Assembly: GCA_030167865.1 (NCBI GenBank)
Contig: JALAGF010003349.1
Span: forward strand, 1 to 37,771
Reading direction: 5' to 3'
DNA length: 37,771 nucleotides
DNA from: Craspedostauros australis
Taxonomy: Eukaryota
In this document: piece by piece, positions 22,048 through 33,931 of the stretch
Layout of the letters: each line of letters opens with the position of its first letter
Numbering within the stretch: the first letter of the stretch is position 1
Notes under the pieces: model-generated
What the model saw: the letters and a program-made list of their open reading frames with translations, nothing else
Database searches by the model: none
What the model was told of the DNA's origin: nothing
Program-made: the position numbers and the translations under genes

Positions 22048-23367
22048 TCACAGCCCGAGTGGGATCTTTGTCGATTTGCAAAAGAGGTTCGTGTGGTGCC
22101 GAACAGTGCCGCTCCATCGATGCAGCTCCTCTTTCGTCGCTCCGATGCTGAGGGCTTGATCCTCAAACACCGTCTTTAGCTGACTCGCACGGTACTCTGT
22201 CGCAGGCCATGACCTGATGCAACGATAGCCATGATCCAGCACCAGCAGCTCCAAGAGTTCCGTCGCAGCCGCTGGCGTGGTCGCGCCCTTTGCAGGAGAT
22301 GCTGATTTGGCGATCGTCCCGCTGGCCTCGATCAGTGCCGGAAAGTACTCCACCTGCACGTACTCGAAGGGATACCGCTTGAGGTCCAGCCCGCGCAAGG
22401 CCAAGATCTCGTATCCTTCCACGTCCACCTTGAGGAACCTCAAACGCGGTGGCGTCGGCGCCTTGTGCAACCGGCCTGATTCGGGCACGCCATGATGCTC
22501 CAGCACGCTCTTGATCGTGACGAGCGGGATCGCGGTCGTCGCATTGAGATCGCGCAGAGGGAATTGGGATGGCGTCGCGAAGGTGGTGAAACCTGGCGAA
22601 TTGTCATGACGCATCATGGTGCCGCTCGTTCGCGTGGCGTCGGCAACGCCCTTGGGAATGACGGTGATCGTTTTGTGGAAGTTGAGGGTGACGCTGGCCT
22701 GCAGGAGCTCGGCCGTGTCGGGGGCGGCCTCGAAGGCGATGACCTTGGCGGTTCGCAGCGATGCCATGTGCAGGGTGTGATAGCCGACGTTGGCGCCGAC
22801 GTCGACGGCCCAATAGGGCATGATGTTGTGGTTGTGATTGTGGCTGGTGGTGCCGCTGGTTGTGCCACTGGTGGTGCCACTGGTGGTACCGCTGATGGTG
22901 GTGTCGTGCGTCAACACCGCATGCAGAAAGCAGGAGACGTCCTGCTCGTAGGTGATGGGAGGATTGATGAGCTTCTTCGTGATGTAGGCATCGGCGGACA
23001 GCGGATAGAGGAGCATGGAGAAGTTCATGGGCGGCAGATCGCTGTCGATGCGCGTCTGGATGGCCCTGCCTTGCAGCACCAGCGTCGAAGCCGACGGCTG
23101 CTTGCGCTTGTAGTCCTCCAGGGTGTAGGCGGTCTTGGTGTCATCGAGGAAGATGAAGGCGAGGAAGATGAAGCAGAGCATGGCCTTGCCTCCGTATCTG
23201 TCAAGCAGCAGCATCATCCTTCTTGTGGTCATCCTGAGTCTGCTCCTGCCGTCGCTCTTGTTGTTCATACTGCTGCTGCTACCGATGCTGCTGCTGCTGC
23301 TGCGCATCTGCCTGCTGCTCTGGCGGACGGAGCGCTGCTGCCGAGGCTCCAGAGATAGCGGAAGCAT
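22048..23367 (-). CDS. FkbM-family SAM-dependent methyltransferase, type II membrane-anchored
   Basis: N-terminal TM AMLCFIFLAFIFL; motif I AVDVGANVGYHTL; VIAFEA; FLKVDVEGYEILALRG; internal (TTSG)n repeat. Confidence 0.9.
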   Translation of the reverse strand: MLPLSLEPRQQRSVRQSSRQMRSSSSSIGSSSSMNNKSDGRSRLRMTTRRMMLLLDRYGGKAMLCFIFLAFIFLDDTKTAYTLEDYKRKQPSASTLVLQGRAIQTRIDSDLPPMNFSMLLYPLSADAYITKKLINPPITYEQDVSCFLHAVLTHDTTISGTTSGTTSGTTSGTTSHNHNHNIMPYWAVDVGANVGYHTLHMASLRTAKVIAFEAAPDTAELLQASVTLNFHKTITVIPKGVADATRTSGTMMRHDNSPGFTTFATPSQFPLRDLNATTAIPLVTIKSVLEHHGVPESGRLHKAPTPPRLRFLKVDVEGYEILALRGLDLKRYPFEYVQVEYFPALIEASGTIAKSASPAKGATTPAAATELLELLVLDHGYRCIRSWPATEYRASQLKTVFEDQALSIGATKEELHRWSGTVRHHTNLFCKSTKIPLGL

Positions 23368-23949
23368 GGCTCACTCAAGAGGACAAGTTGCTCTCGGACT
23401 GACGCAGTCGATTGAGATGGCTGAATGCGTGGATGTGCGGATGGTTGAGAACTTCTGTGCTTTGGCGATCCACAAGACAGACATGTGCTGAAGATGATGC
23501 CAAGCAAGGGCAAGGAAGTGAAAGACCAGGAGGTTCGATCTGTGCGCACATCATGTTCATTTCCAACCACCGGTTTGCGCCTTGCGCTGTGGTGAAGAAC
23601 AACAGCTACGTTTTTCAACGTTCGCGCCATTTTTTGTTCGGCGGAATTTGCGATCGACTTGGACGACTCAAATCATCAGAGGATCCACGATCCAGTGCGA
23701 AACACGAAAAACACGGCGGAGTCTTCATCGAGAACAAATCAAAGAAAAATTTCAGAGCGCACGGTGAGTACCACGCGTTCGGGATGGAGGAAAGATCCAA
23801 CAGAGAGAGAAAGAAGCGACTGCGAGTTGCGGATACTCTGGCTCACCTGCCATGGGTCGCACACCATTGCATCCCCCTGCGCGACGAAGATGGCCACAAC
23901 CATCATGGCACAATGTTAATGTGTTGAGCTTCCAAACGCAAACTCATTG

Positions 23950-26476
23950 ATGAACGAGACCGCTGACTCCAGCATCGTTCCTCCTCCAAACATGCATCAA
24001 CAAAGGCAGCCGCAATTGAAGCCAGAGACCCAACCTCGAACGAGTCTCTGCGACACAAATGGCAATGGTGCTGCAGGCAATCTCCGCCAGCATCCGGTGA
24101 GCACAGCTTCACGCAACTATGCGGAAGGTGGCTTCGGTCGCATAGACGATATAGGCGGATATGAGCACGAGATGGAACAGCCAGCGCGACAGCCACTGAG
24201 ACTGCGATCGTACCAGCAGAGCGTTGTGGATCAGATCGATGAGGGAGATGGTGTCACCAATGCCATTGTCAAGATGCCCACTGGATCTGGAAAGACCTTT
24301 GTCGCGGCAGAGCTCATCCGTTTGCGTCTTCGAGCCGAGAAGGAGAGTGTTGCTGTCGGACTTGCTGCGACGGTCACTGGTGGAAGTAATGCTGGTGGCA
24401 ATGCGAATGGGTACTCATATTCATATCGTCAGGGCAATGGAGTTGGCAGCCACAGCAACGACAGCTCAACGGGCAGCGGAAGGAAGGCCATCATGCTCGT
24501 TCCCACCGTGGACCTTGTGGAACAGCAGGCCAGCGCGATCGAGCGCTGGATGGGACCCAACGAACGCGTGGCGCGTTACAGGGGAGGAAACGCCACACCT
24601 GTGATGGACTATTGCCGGATTCTTGTCAGTACGCCGGCCGCCTTCGAGGCCTTGCAGGGCGGCGACGATCAGTTCCACTGGGATACCTTCTGCATCTGCG
24701 TCTTTGACGAGGTCCATCACGTCCTCAAGGATCACCCCTACCGCAAGCTGTCTCTGGGAATCAAGATCCATCTCAAGGATAACCCCCACGCTGCGCAGCT
24801 TCAAGTCATTGGCCTCTCGGCCTCCCTCACCTACGCCGTCAACAACGTGGAGATCAAGAGAGCGCTGGACAACCTCTGCAAGGACCTCAAGATCACGAGG
24901 ATGTGCTCGCCGACGGAAGACGAGCTGCAGCGCGGCGGCTACGTCAAGCAGCAGAGCAATGTGCAGATCATCGACGTGCATGATATCCCGCCCGATGTCG
25001 TGCCGGTGCGAAACCGCGAGCCGCACAACGTGCATGCTGTCTTCATGGATCGGGTGCACACGCGCAAGGCAACCTCCTTTGCCTTGATCCTGTGGGATGC
25101 CATCCGTCTCCTCGAAGAACACGCAAGCAACTTGGCACCGGACTTTCATTCGCCCCTGTCCAAGATACAGCTATCATCGTGGGAGAACTACGCAAACAAC
25201 CTCGCGGGTAGGCGTCGCAACACTGAATCCCAACGTCACTTCTTCTCCTTCCTGGAAGGATGGTACGTGGCGCTGCGCCTCCTCGTCGTCACGTGGGAGG
25301 AGGAGGTCCCGCTCGTGTTGAAATGGCTGGAACAGGCGTTGCTCCTGCAACCACCGCGGGAATTGGGTCATCCCCTGCTGGGATGCATCGGCAAGGTTGC
25401 AGACAGGGCCAAGGAACCTTCCAAGAAGCTGCAGAGTCTCACGGACATCTTGCTGCAGCAGCTCAACAGGTTCAAGGGCAACTTCCGCGCCATCATCTTC
25501 GTGCAGCAGCGCATCTGCGCCTACACCATATCCTCTTTCCTCAACAAACACCCGGCGTTGCAGGCAGCCGGCATCGTCTCCGACTTTTTCACCAGGGTTG
25601 GCAAGCTCACGCCATCCGTCAAGTTCAATCCCACCAATGCCAATGATGCATTGAACAAGTTTCGCAATGGTAGCATCAACGTTCTGGTTGCGACCGCAGC
25701 AGCCGAAGAGGTGAGTTTCTGCGTCTTCGCTGTTGGCTGTTGGCTGTTGGCTGTTGGCTGTTGTTCTGTGTTGTGCGCAGAGTGGAATACTGTACTTGGT
25801 TTCGTCGGGCGTCCGTCCCTGGTTATAATATCAATGTTCGCATGGGTCCCTCACTTATCTTTTCATCCATCCATCCACCCATCACTCACTCACTCAATTT
25901 ATGCACGCGTGGATGCTCTATGTCTCCTCCTTGTTGTTGTTGTTGTTGTTGTTGTTGCAGGGTCTGGACGTGCCATCTGCCAACGTCGTGATCTCGTACA
26001 ATCACATGAAGGATACTGTGGAGCTGTGCCAACGCGAAGGCCGCGCTCGCCAAATCGACCGCGTGTTCATCGTGATGGAGGAACGCAGGGACCGACCAGT
26101 GGAGAAGCTGCGCACGGTGCAGAAGCGGCAGGAGGAGATCATCGTCGGCTACGATCCGTCCACCATCAAGGACACGGAGATCGACGAGCGCGGGGAGCAG
26201 GCCCACCGCGATCGCCACGCCAAGAAGATCCTGACATCAAAGGCCAATCGCACGAAGAATGCTACCGCCGTTCTGAACGAGTATTGCCAAAAGACGAGGG
26301 GTAAGATCAAGAAGAGCGTCGATGCGTGTCCAGGAGTACAGCAGAGCTTTGTGGCCAGGCTGACCTACGAGACCACGATCCGCTCCCTGAACGCCGAAGG
26401 GTACGGCACCAGCAAGAAGGCTGCGCAGAATGCCGCGTCCAGCGCATTGTTGGGAATGCTGCGGCAGGCTTCCTGA
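23950..26476 (+). CDS. Dicer/RIG-I-family DExD/H helicase with a C-terminal dsRNA-binding domain; exons 23950-25710 and 25961-26476, ~758 aa
   Basis: LRSYQ (Q motif), MPTGSGKT (I), LVPTVDLVEQQ (Ia), STP (Ib), FDEVHH (II) plus KDHPY, GLSAS (III), helical insert, IIFVQQR (IV), LVATAAAEE|GLDVPSANVVI (V, joined by phase-0 intron 25711-25960), QREGRAR (VI). Then a dsRBD: NATAVLNEYCQK...FVARL...AEGYGTSKKAAQNAASSALL. Confidence 0.88.
25931..25957. repeat. (TTG)9 microsatellite directly before the helicase intron 3' splice site
   Basis: ttgttgttgttgttgttgttgttgttg-cag|GGT. Confidence 0.85.
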
Positions 26477-27643
26477 GACTGGGCATGGTGTTGCTTGCGA
26501 CGATATTGAAGGTGGATCGTCAGGGTGTTGTGGGTGTGAGTGTGTATGAGAGAGACAATCACATGATAGAACACAATGAATTGAATTACAGATCCATAGA
26601 GTCGTAAGGAGCAATGGTATTGGCAACGGTGGCGACAGTGGCGTTGTTGTTGGTGCCCTGTGTGATGGTTCATCCCGCTTCATTCCATCACAAACCCTTT
26701 TTTTGCTCCTGTCTGCGTCTGCGTGGATGTGGATGTGGATCGTATCGCACATGCGATCTATTGGTGCACATGCGGATGTGACATGGATGCGTTTGTGTTG
26801 TCTGTTTGGATGATGATGGTGTTGTCAAGTCCTGTCGGTTTGGATCGTCTGTTTCGTTTTGCAACGATGTGAGGCTGTTCATGCTCACGTCGCGATCGTC
26901 CGTTGGTCGTGAATCACCACCAATCGCGTTGGGCATGAATTGGGGCTTCTTCCACATTATTCTTGGCCACAATGGAGAATCTCGTTAAATCAGAATGCGG
27001 TTGTGGATGAAGGAGATCGTGACTACCGGCACGGTATTTCATGCACAAAACAAGAACAGAAGTGACCCAAAGTGCGACAAATGGGGTACTGCACACGTTT
27101 TGTTTAAGCGGACCAACGCGACGTTGTGTCACAAGATGTTGGAAGAGCCGCAAAGCGTGTGTGTATCTCGCGCAGAAGGAGAGATTTGAACCCACGCAGA
27201 GCGAAACTGCGACGCTATTCCTCCGCGCGGAACTCTTCGGGTGATACACAACTGGCTCGTTGGACACGTCTGCGACACGACGCCACGAAGCCGATCTTTT
27301 GTTGTGCGCATTTGTTCGTGGAGGGCAGTCGCGGGCAAGAAGTGCCGACGGAACACATGACAATGCGCGAGAGACAACCATGTGTTTTCCACACCAAAAC
27401 ATAGCAACAAGAAGCATCACACCTCACCAACAGCGCGAAACCACCAAGAATTCACGCCGACGACCACGACCATTTTCGCTTCATCGCGCCAAACTCTGTC
27501 CAAATCAGTCAGCCATCCACAATCGGAGATTCTCCCATTCATCATATCATACGTATTGTAGAATAGATCATATTATAGTTCGCACCCATCCTCTGCAACA
27601 GAGACATCACAAGAGCAATACATATAATACCACGGCAGCAAGC

Positions 27644-30600
27644 ATGACGACATCCGCAGGAACAGCCGCAGCGGGAGAATCCACAGGAGGGCACTCCTCT
27701 TCGACCACCATGAAGCGCATTCGAGCGCTGGCGGCTCACACTGCGGAGGCTGCTCGCTCCAGGGAGTCCACCTTCACGAAGCCTCTCGACGACAAGGAGC
27801 TCCGGGAATTGGACAGCAGTGCGGCGAGTGGCGCAGCGCTGGACGTCGCCTCCATCCAGAAGACGCACCCGCAGGTGGCTGCCTTCTTCAAGGCCCTCGT
27901 GGAGGACGCAGGTTTGGAGCAAGCGGAGTTCTGGAACCGCTACAGGCTGAGGTGCCACGAGGCTTCGCTGGAGCAAGCGTACGGCAAGCGGTCCTCCTCC
28001 ACCATCAAGCAGCTCTGCAAGGAGGCGGGCATCGACATCAAGCGTCCCTCCAGGCGCTCCGGACTCACGAGGCAGTCCAGCTCCCTCTCCGTGGCCAGCG
28101 ATGCGGGCTCCTGCGCTTCCGCGGCCAGCTCTGCGGCGCCCTCCGTCTCAGCATCCTCCGCTTGCTCCAGCGATGCTCAGGACCACGCTTCCGCTGGGAA
28201 CGTCCTGCTGTCGCCCAAAACAGGCAAGCCGAGGAGCAGCAGGGCCAAGCTCTCGGTCAGCAAGACCATCCAGACGCTCACCAACTTGGAGGAGTCCGTG
28301 CGAACCACGCAGAGGCAGACCATGCCCACCTTCAATCCCTACGGCGCCAAGGACCTCACGGACGAGGAACTGGACATGGATGAGGACGCTGACTCCAGCA
28401 GCACCAATGCCATGGACGATGACACGGCCAATGACAGCGATGACTGCAGCGAGCGCAGCGCGAGAAGCTCCCGCAAGTCCAAATCCAAATCCAAGTCGTC
28501 CGACAAAGACAAACGCAAGTCACGGTCCAAGGCGCTCAAGAGGGGATCCTCCACCCGATCCCTGTCTTCGTCGATGCACCACTCAACGTCAGCATCATCG
28601 TCATCTGCGTCTGCGTCCTTCGCGTTCTCACCCACTGGCATGTCCAAGGCAAAGAGAAGATCGTCGTTGCAGACCACCAGCGCAACTGTCATTGCCACCA
28701 ACTACGACAGCGATGCCGGCAGCTGCTGCTCTCACACGTCTGTCGATGACGATGCCAGCCTCGCTTCCTTCAGCACGGCCACCAGCGCAAAGGTGTCCAA
28801 GAAAGCAAAGAAGCACAAGAAGGCATCGCGCAGAGGCAGCACGGGCATTTCCATGGCTGCAGACCTCTCACCGAAGAGGAACAAGAAGAAGCGCTCCACC
28901 ACCAAAAAGCTTCCTCAGCCTCCGCTTTCCGCCACCGCCGATTTTGCTCGCGGCTCCGTGACCGATGCTCTCATGACGCCCAAATCGGCCGCTGCTTCCA
29001 AAAAGAAAAAGGCCAAGGCACCTGCTGCGGATCAAGCCAAACGATCGCGCAAGCACGTCATCGATGCCCCGCCCCTCACCTCCTCCAACGGCGACGACGC
29101 GCATGCCGATGATTCCACATCCATCTGCACCGATGCCAGCGAACTCATGGACGACGTCAACGATCTCGTCACGACCGTGGACCTGTCGGCAATCTCCTCA
29201 GTCTCCGCCAAAACAGGCAGCACCTCCAACAGGAAGCGTCCGTCCAAGAAGGGCGAAAAGAAGAAGAAGAAGCAAAGCAGCATCACCAGCACGACCAGCA
29301 ATGCAAGCTCCACCTGCACGGATGAAGGCAGCAGCCACAGCTTCCGCAAGGCGCCTCTCAAGACGACCAACAACTTCGCCGACACCAACCATGAATCGGC
29401 GCAGGAACAGCGCGTCGCCGAACTGCGCAAGAAGCGTGCCGCCGAACTGCTCCAGGCCACGGCGCAGAGCAAGGGGGCCGCCAACACCGTCGTGGAATCG
29501 GTCTCCTCCGTCCAACAGAACTACGAACACCTGCGCGCCAAGAAGCAGCAGGAGCTGCGCAACGTCATGGACAACAAACAGTCCATCAACCCCGACGATC
29601 TCGGCAAGGAAGAGCAGCGCAAGCAGAAGGAAAGGGTCCAGAAGCTCAAGAAGAAGGGCGAGGATGACACGCAGAAGGTCAAGGAGGCACGCAAGAACAT
29701 CAAGATCAACACCATCGGCGCCGAGGAAGCGAGGCTGCAGAAGGAACGTGTCGAGAATCTCAAGAAGAAGGTATGTGCATGCGTACGCGTCGTGTAAGGG
29801 CGCCTGCATGTGGGTCTGCATGTGGGTCTGCATGTGGGTGCGTTGCAACAGCCTGAACTCACATTCACATTTCATTCTTTGCTATTTCCTTCTCTTCTCT
29901 TCTCTTCTACTGAAACAATGTACTATTGTATTCGATAACATTCATAGGGTGAAGATGACCTGCAAGTTGCCAAGCAATCCAAAAAGACCAAATCTGCATT
30001 GGAGCAACAGCAGCAGCGGCAGGAGCAAACTCTGGAAGAGGAGCAGGCCTCCAAGAGCACCAGCAACACCGGCATCAAGAAGAAGAAATCTGCTTCGTCA
30101 AAGCTCGCATCACCAAAGCTCTCCAAAAAGAAAAAGAGCGCCAAGATCAAGCCCGATGACTTGGCCGGCATCAAACCAACCGACGAGGACGTTCTGCCAC
30201 AAAATCCATCTCATCCTGGAACGCTCGTGTGCCTTGACCTTGTCGCACAGCACGTCGTGCCAGACCAGGAATTCACGTCCTCCATGTACAAGCAGATCAA
30301 GAAGGAACTCGAGCCACGACGATTCCTTGTGCAATCTGCTGCTGCGGATGTTGATGGCGATGGCGATGGCGATAATGCCACAACCACTGAGTGGCGTGAA
30401 GCCACCAAGCAGGAACGCATCAACTACCTTGCCTCGCAGTACAACCTGAAGAAGGAAGCCACCAAACAGCATCAGCCAATGCCCAACAGCGAGGAGAAAA
30501 AGGAGGACGAGATGATTGCGTCGCAAATTAATCTCGAGGACGAAGTTGCCAAGCTCGAAGCCGCACGACAAGAAATTGAACGCATTCGAGCTGAGAAACA

Positions 30601-33289
30601 GGCAAGAGCCAAAGCAGCAGAAGATGCGCGCGTGCAGGCCGAAGAAAAAGTGAAGGCCGAAGCCAATGCTGCACAATTGAAGGCCGAAGCCAATGCTGCA
30701 CAATTGAAGGCAGAGGAAGAGGCACAGTTGAAGGCGGAGAAGGAAGCCGAGGCTGCACAGTTGAAGGCTGAATCAGAAGCTAAAGCAGAGGCTGAGGCTG
30801 CGGAAGCAGCGCGCGTGAAAGCGGAGGAGGAAGAGGCCAAGGCGGTTGCTGAAGCGAAGGCCAAAGCAGAGGCCGAGGCTGAGGAAGCAGCACGCGTGAA
30901 GGAGGATGAGGAGACCAAAGCCAAGATCAAGGCTGAAGCGGAGGAAGCAGCTCGGTTGAAGGCAGAGGCAGAAGCGAAGGCCAAAGCAGAGGCTGAGGAA
31001 GCGCAGGCGAAGGCGGAAGCTGAGGAAGCGGAAGCGGAACGATTGAAGGCCGAGGTGGACGCGAAATCTAAGGCCGCAGCAGAAGCTGCACAGTTGAAGG
31101 CAGAAGAGGCGCGCTTGCAAGTAGAAGCCGAGGCCAAAGCCAAGGCGGAAGCAGAAGCCGAAGCAAAGGCCGCACAGTCGAAGGCAGAAGAAGAGGCCCG
31201 CATTCTGGCAGAAGCAGAAGAAGCTGCGCGTTTGAAGGCAGCACGTCAGCAGGCCGAAAGCGAAGCTGCCAGGCTTAAAGCAGAAGCGAAAAGGTTGAAG
31301 GCTGAGCAGGAAGCGCGTCGCAAGGCCGAAGAGGAGGCTGCTCGCTTGATGGCCGAGGAGGAAGCGAGGGCGGAGGCCGAAAGAGAGGCGCACCGCGCGG
31401 CCGAGCACGAGGCTGCTCGTTTGAAGGCACAGGAAGAAGCACAAGTGCGAGCAGAAGAGGAGGCCGCCAAACTAATGGCCGAGGAGCAGGCAAGAATGCA
31501 AGCGGCAGAAGAAAAGGCGAAACTGGAAGCTGAAGCCAACGCAAAGGAAGACACTGAGGCAGAGTCAGAAGCCGCAAAATCTACGAACACTGAGCAGTCT
31601 GGTGTTGACGGTCATGATTCGGCACGTGCAAACGTCTGTGCAACAAACGATGGCAGTGAAAATGATGACGATGATAACGACGACGACAATTCGTATGTTT
31701 CAGATGTGTCAGACCTCGATGACGATGATGATGAGGAGGAGGACTTGAGCCTTGGGGGCGAGAACGGCGACATGGCCGACATGTACGATTCGCAGCATAC
31801 AGGAATCTCTGCAGAAGATGGCACGCTTGGAGATGACACGCTGGACAACAACGAGTCCATATCGTCGTTGCAATCTTTTGTCGACGAGGATGAGGCAAGG
31901 CAGAAAGCTATGCAAGTCCTCGAAATGCTCAAGAAGAGCAACGAACGAGTCGCAAGACGCAACAGCCTCCAGCGTGCCCCGTCGATGCGATTCGAGTACG
32001 AGTCCAGAATACCCACAATGAGCGAAGACCGACGATCGCCGAAGGCAGGTTTGCTGAAACGCTTCTCGCAGTCCGCAAGACACCTTACCGTGGAGCCGAT
32101 GGTGCCAAACCAGTACAGCACTCAAACTCACACTATGAATGAACGACAACAGCCAACGCCAAAGGCCAAGGGGGCAGAGCCGAACCCAATGATGAGCCCG
32201 AAGCTATCGAAGAATGAGAGGCTTCAGATGGAGAAACAGCTGCAGATGGAGCGACTGAAGAAGTCATTCCGTGATCTGGATCTTGGGCTGGAGGACGTTG
32301 TGGAGGCACAAAAGAAAACCCAGGAATTGCTCATCCAGGAGACGGTTGAGCAGATCGAAACCACGAAGGCCAATCCTGCGGGCAGAAGAGGTTGGTTGGG
32401 ATCATTCCGATCGAATTCCACCACTTCTTTGAACCCTGGCGCGGGACCTCAGAACCCTCGGCGTTCAACCGTTGAGATCATCGAAGAGGGAGACGACAGC
32501 AGTGTCGACGATGGTGAGAATAGGCACGAAGCAGGTGGTGGATCTCAAGACTTCAACAAGACCGACAAGCTCTTCTCGTCCTTCCGAAGCCTTGGATTCG
32601 GGGATAAGCCGGAGAATGGTAAGGATATTGAGGCGCTCCCTGACTACAATCCTGAAGACTCGAAGGAATTCACCGAAGACGACATGCTCAATCTCGACGG
32701 AAGTGTTTCCGGGATGGATGAACTCAAGGCCGTCGATGCCATCGGTGTGGATGGAATCGAGATCTTGAAGCAACAAACGTCCAAGAACACACGCGAAGGC
32801 AAACATGGCCTCTTCCGTCTACCGACGCTGAACTTGCAATATGGCAAGCGCAAGGCCGGCACAAATGAGAGTGACAACACCTCCGTCCTGAGCTACGAGA
32901 CGGACTCACCAAGCAACTGTGACAGCGACATCACTCCCAAGGCCGGGATCATGCAACGCATGTTCAGACGTCGTTCCCTGGCGACGTCCATGGGCCGATC
33001 CCGGGCGTCATCGTGTGACGATTGCTCCTTGTCCTCGATTGGTGAGAACCATGTCATGAAGGGTGCAGCTCAGGCAAACAAGGAAAATGGAAACAACATC
33101 GTAGGTTCGGAGGAGTTGGGCTCACCCGCCACACAGCAACGCCGCAAGGTGGACCGTACCAACAGCATGATTGGTCGCATGCGCGGAATGTTGGTGATGC
33201 CGACAAAGCCCAAGGTGACGACGCCAGAAGCAACCCCAGGAGATCAGGAACTTGAACTTCCTGACAACATCGCTGTGCAGCAGCAGTAG
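27644..33289 (+). CDS. Large (~1820 aa) protein: N-terminal BSD-like domain, Ser/Lys-rich disordered region, E/A/K-rich helical repeat, acidic tract; exons 27644-29770 and 29948-33289
   Basis: A phase-0 intron 29771-29947 (AAG|GTATGT...CATAG|GGT) joins the two ORFs and completes a repeat (KERVQKLKKKGEDD / KERVENLKKK|GEDD). BSD-like TFTKPL...HPQVAAFFKALV...EFWNRY. AEAKAKAEAEEAARLK repeats at ~30590-31570. Confidence 0.8.
29808..29839. repeat. 12-bp tandem repeat (ATGTGGGTCTGC)x2.7 in an intron
   Basis: atgtgggtctgc atgtgggtctgc atgtgggt. Confidence 0.8.
30590..31570 (+). repeat. Coding degenerate tandem repeat (E/A/K-rich helix), including a perfect 27-bp duplication at 30651-30704
   Basis: tgaaggccgaagccaatgctgcacaat x2; recurring AAQLKAE, AARLKAE and AKAKAEAE units. 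Confidence 0.85.
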
Positions 33290-33931
33290 GCTCTGTAGAT
33301 CGGAGTCATCTCGACCTGCCGACAGTCGGCAGCAAGATGACAGGGTGCGCACCTGTTGAGACGCCGACGCAAGACGAGCATTGCACATACAATAATTCAT
33401 AACACGCGCAGTCGCAACTTGCACGTTTACGCTACTCGTACAGCACATCACGTACGCCGAATTGGCAGCTGGAGAAGTTCGATAGAGTCGATAGTCTGGA
33501 TCTGCCGAACAGCGTTCGTACTCGTATGTTGGTGCTGCCTGGTCTCCCTGCAGGAAGCATCGGGAAGCACGATCGCCGTGAGGCCCCCAGAATCGTGCAA
33601 TAAGAGACTTGCAGCGCTTCTTTTCGCATTGTACAGTTGTTGCTATGTTACTTGTAGTTGTTCTAATCATTGTGATCATTGTCAACGTTCAGTTTGTCGC
33701 TCTTCCGAGGGATGCAGCATCGGGCGCTTGCGTCCGTCCTTACATATGCAGGCGTACTGGGGCCAAGCCGCGTTGCTGGCCACCCTCTCTTCCATTCCTA
33801 TTGGTGTCAATCCGTTCCATTCCATCCATTCCTCACGCACAGATCACCGCCGTGCCTTCTTGCCATATTCGCCGCTTTGTACGTCCGAGCATGTACATCG
33901 TAGGCACAGTGCAGCGTAGTACCGTGCTCAT

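Noticed and set aside
25711-26304. Hydrophobic C-terminus of the listed 785-aa helicase ORF (apparent TM segments, poly-Val)
   Set aside because: Read-through into the intron and a wrong frame; splicing restores EEGLDV and motif VI.
30590-31570. TolA or IgA-protease-like similarity suggesting bacterial origin
   Set aside because: Compositional E/A/K similarity only; it lies inside an intron-containing eukaryotic gene.
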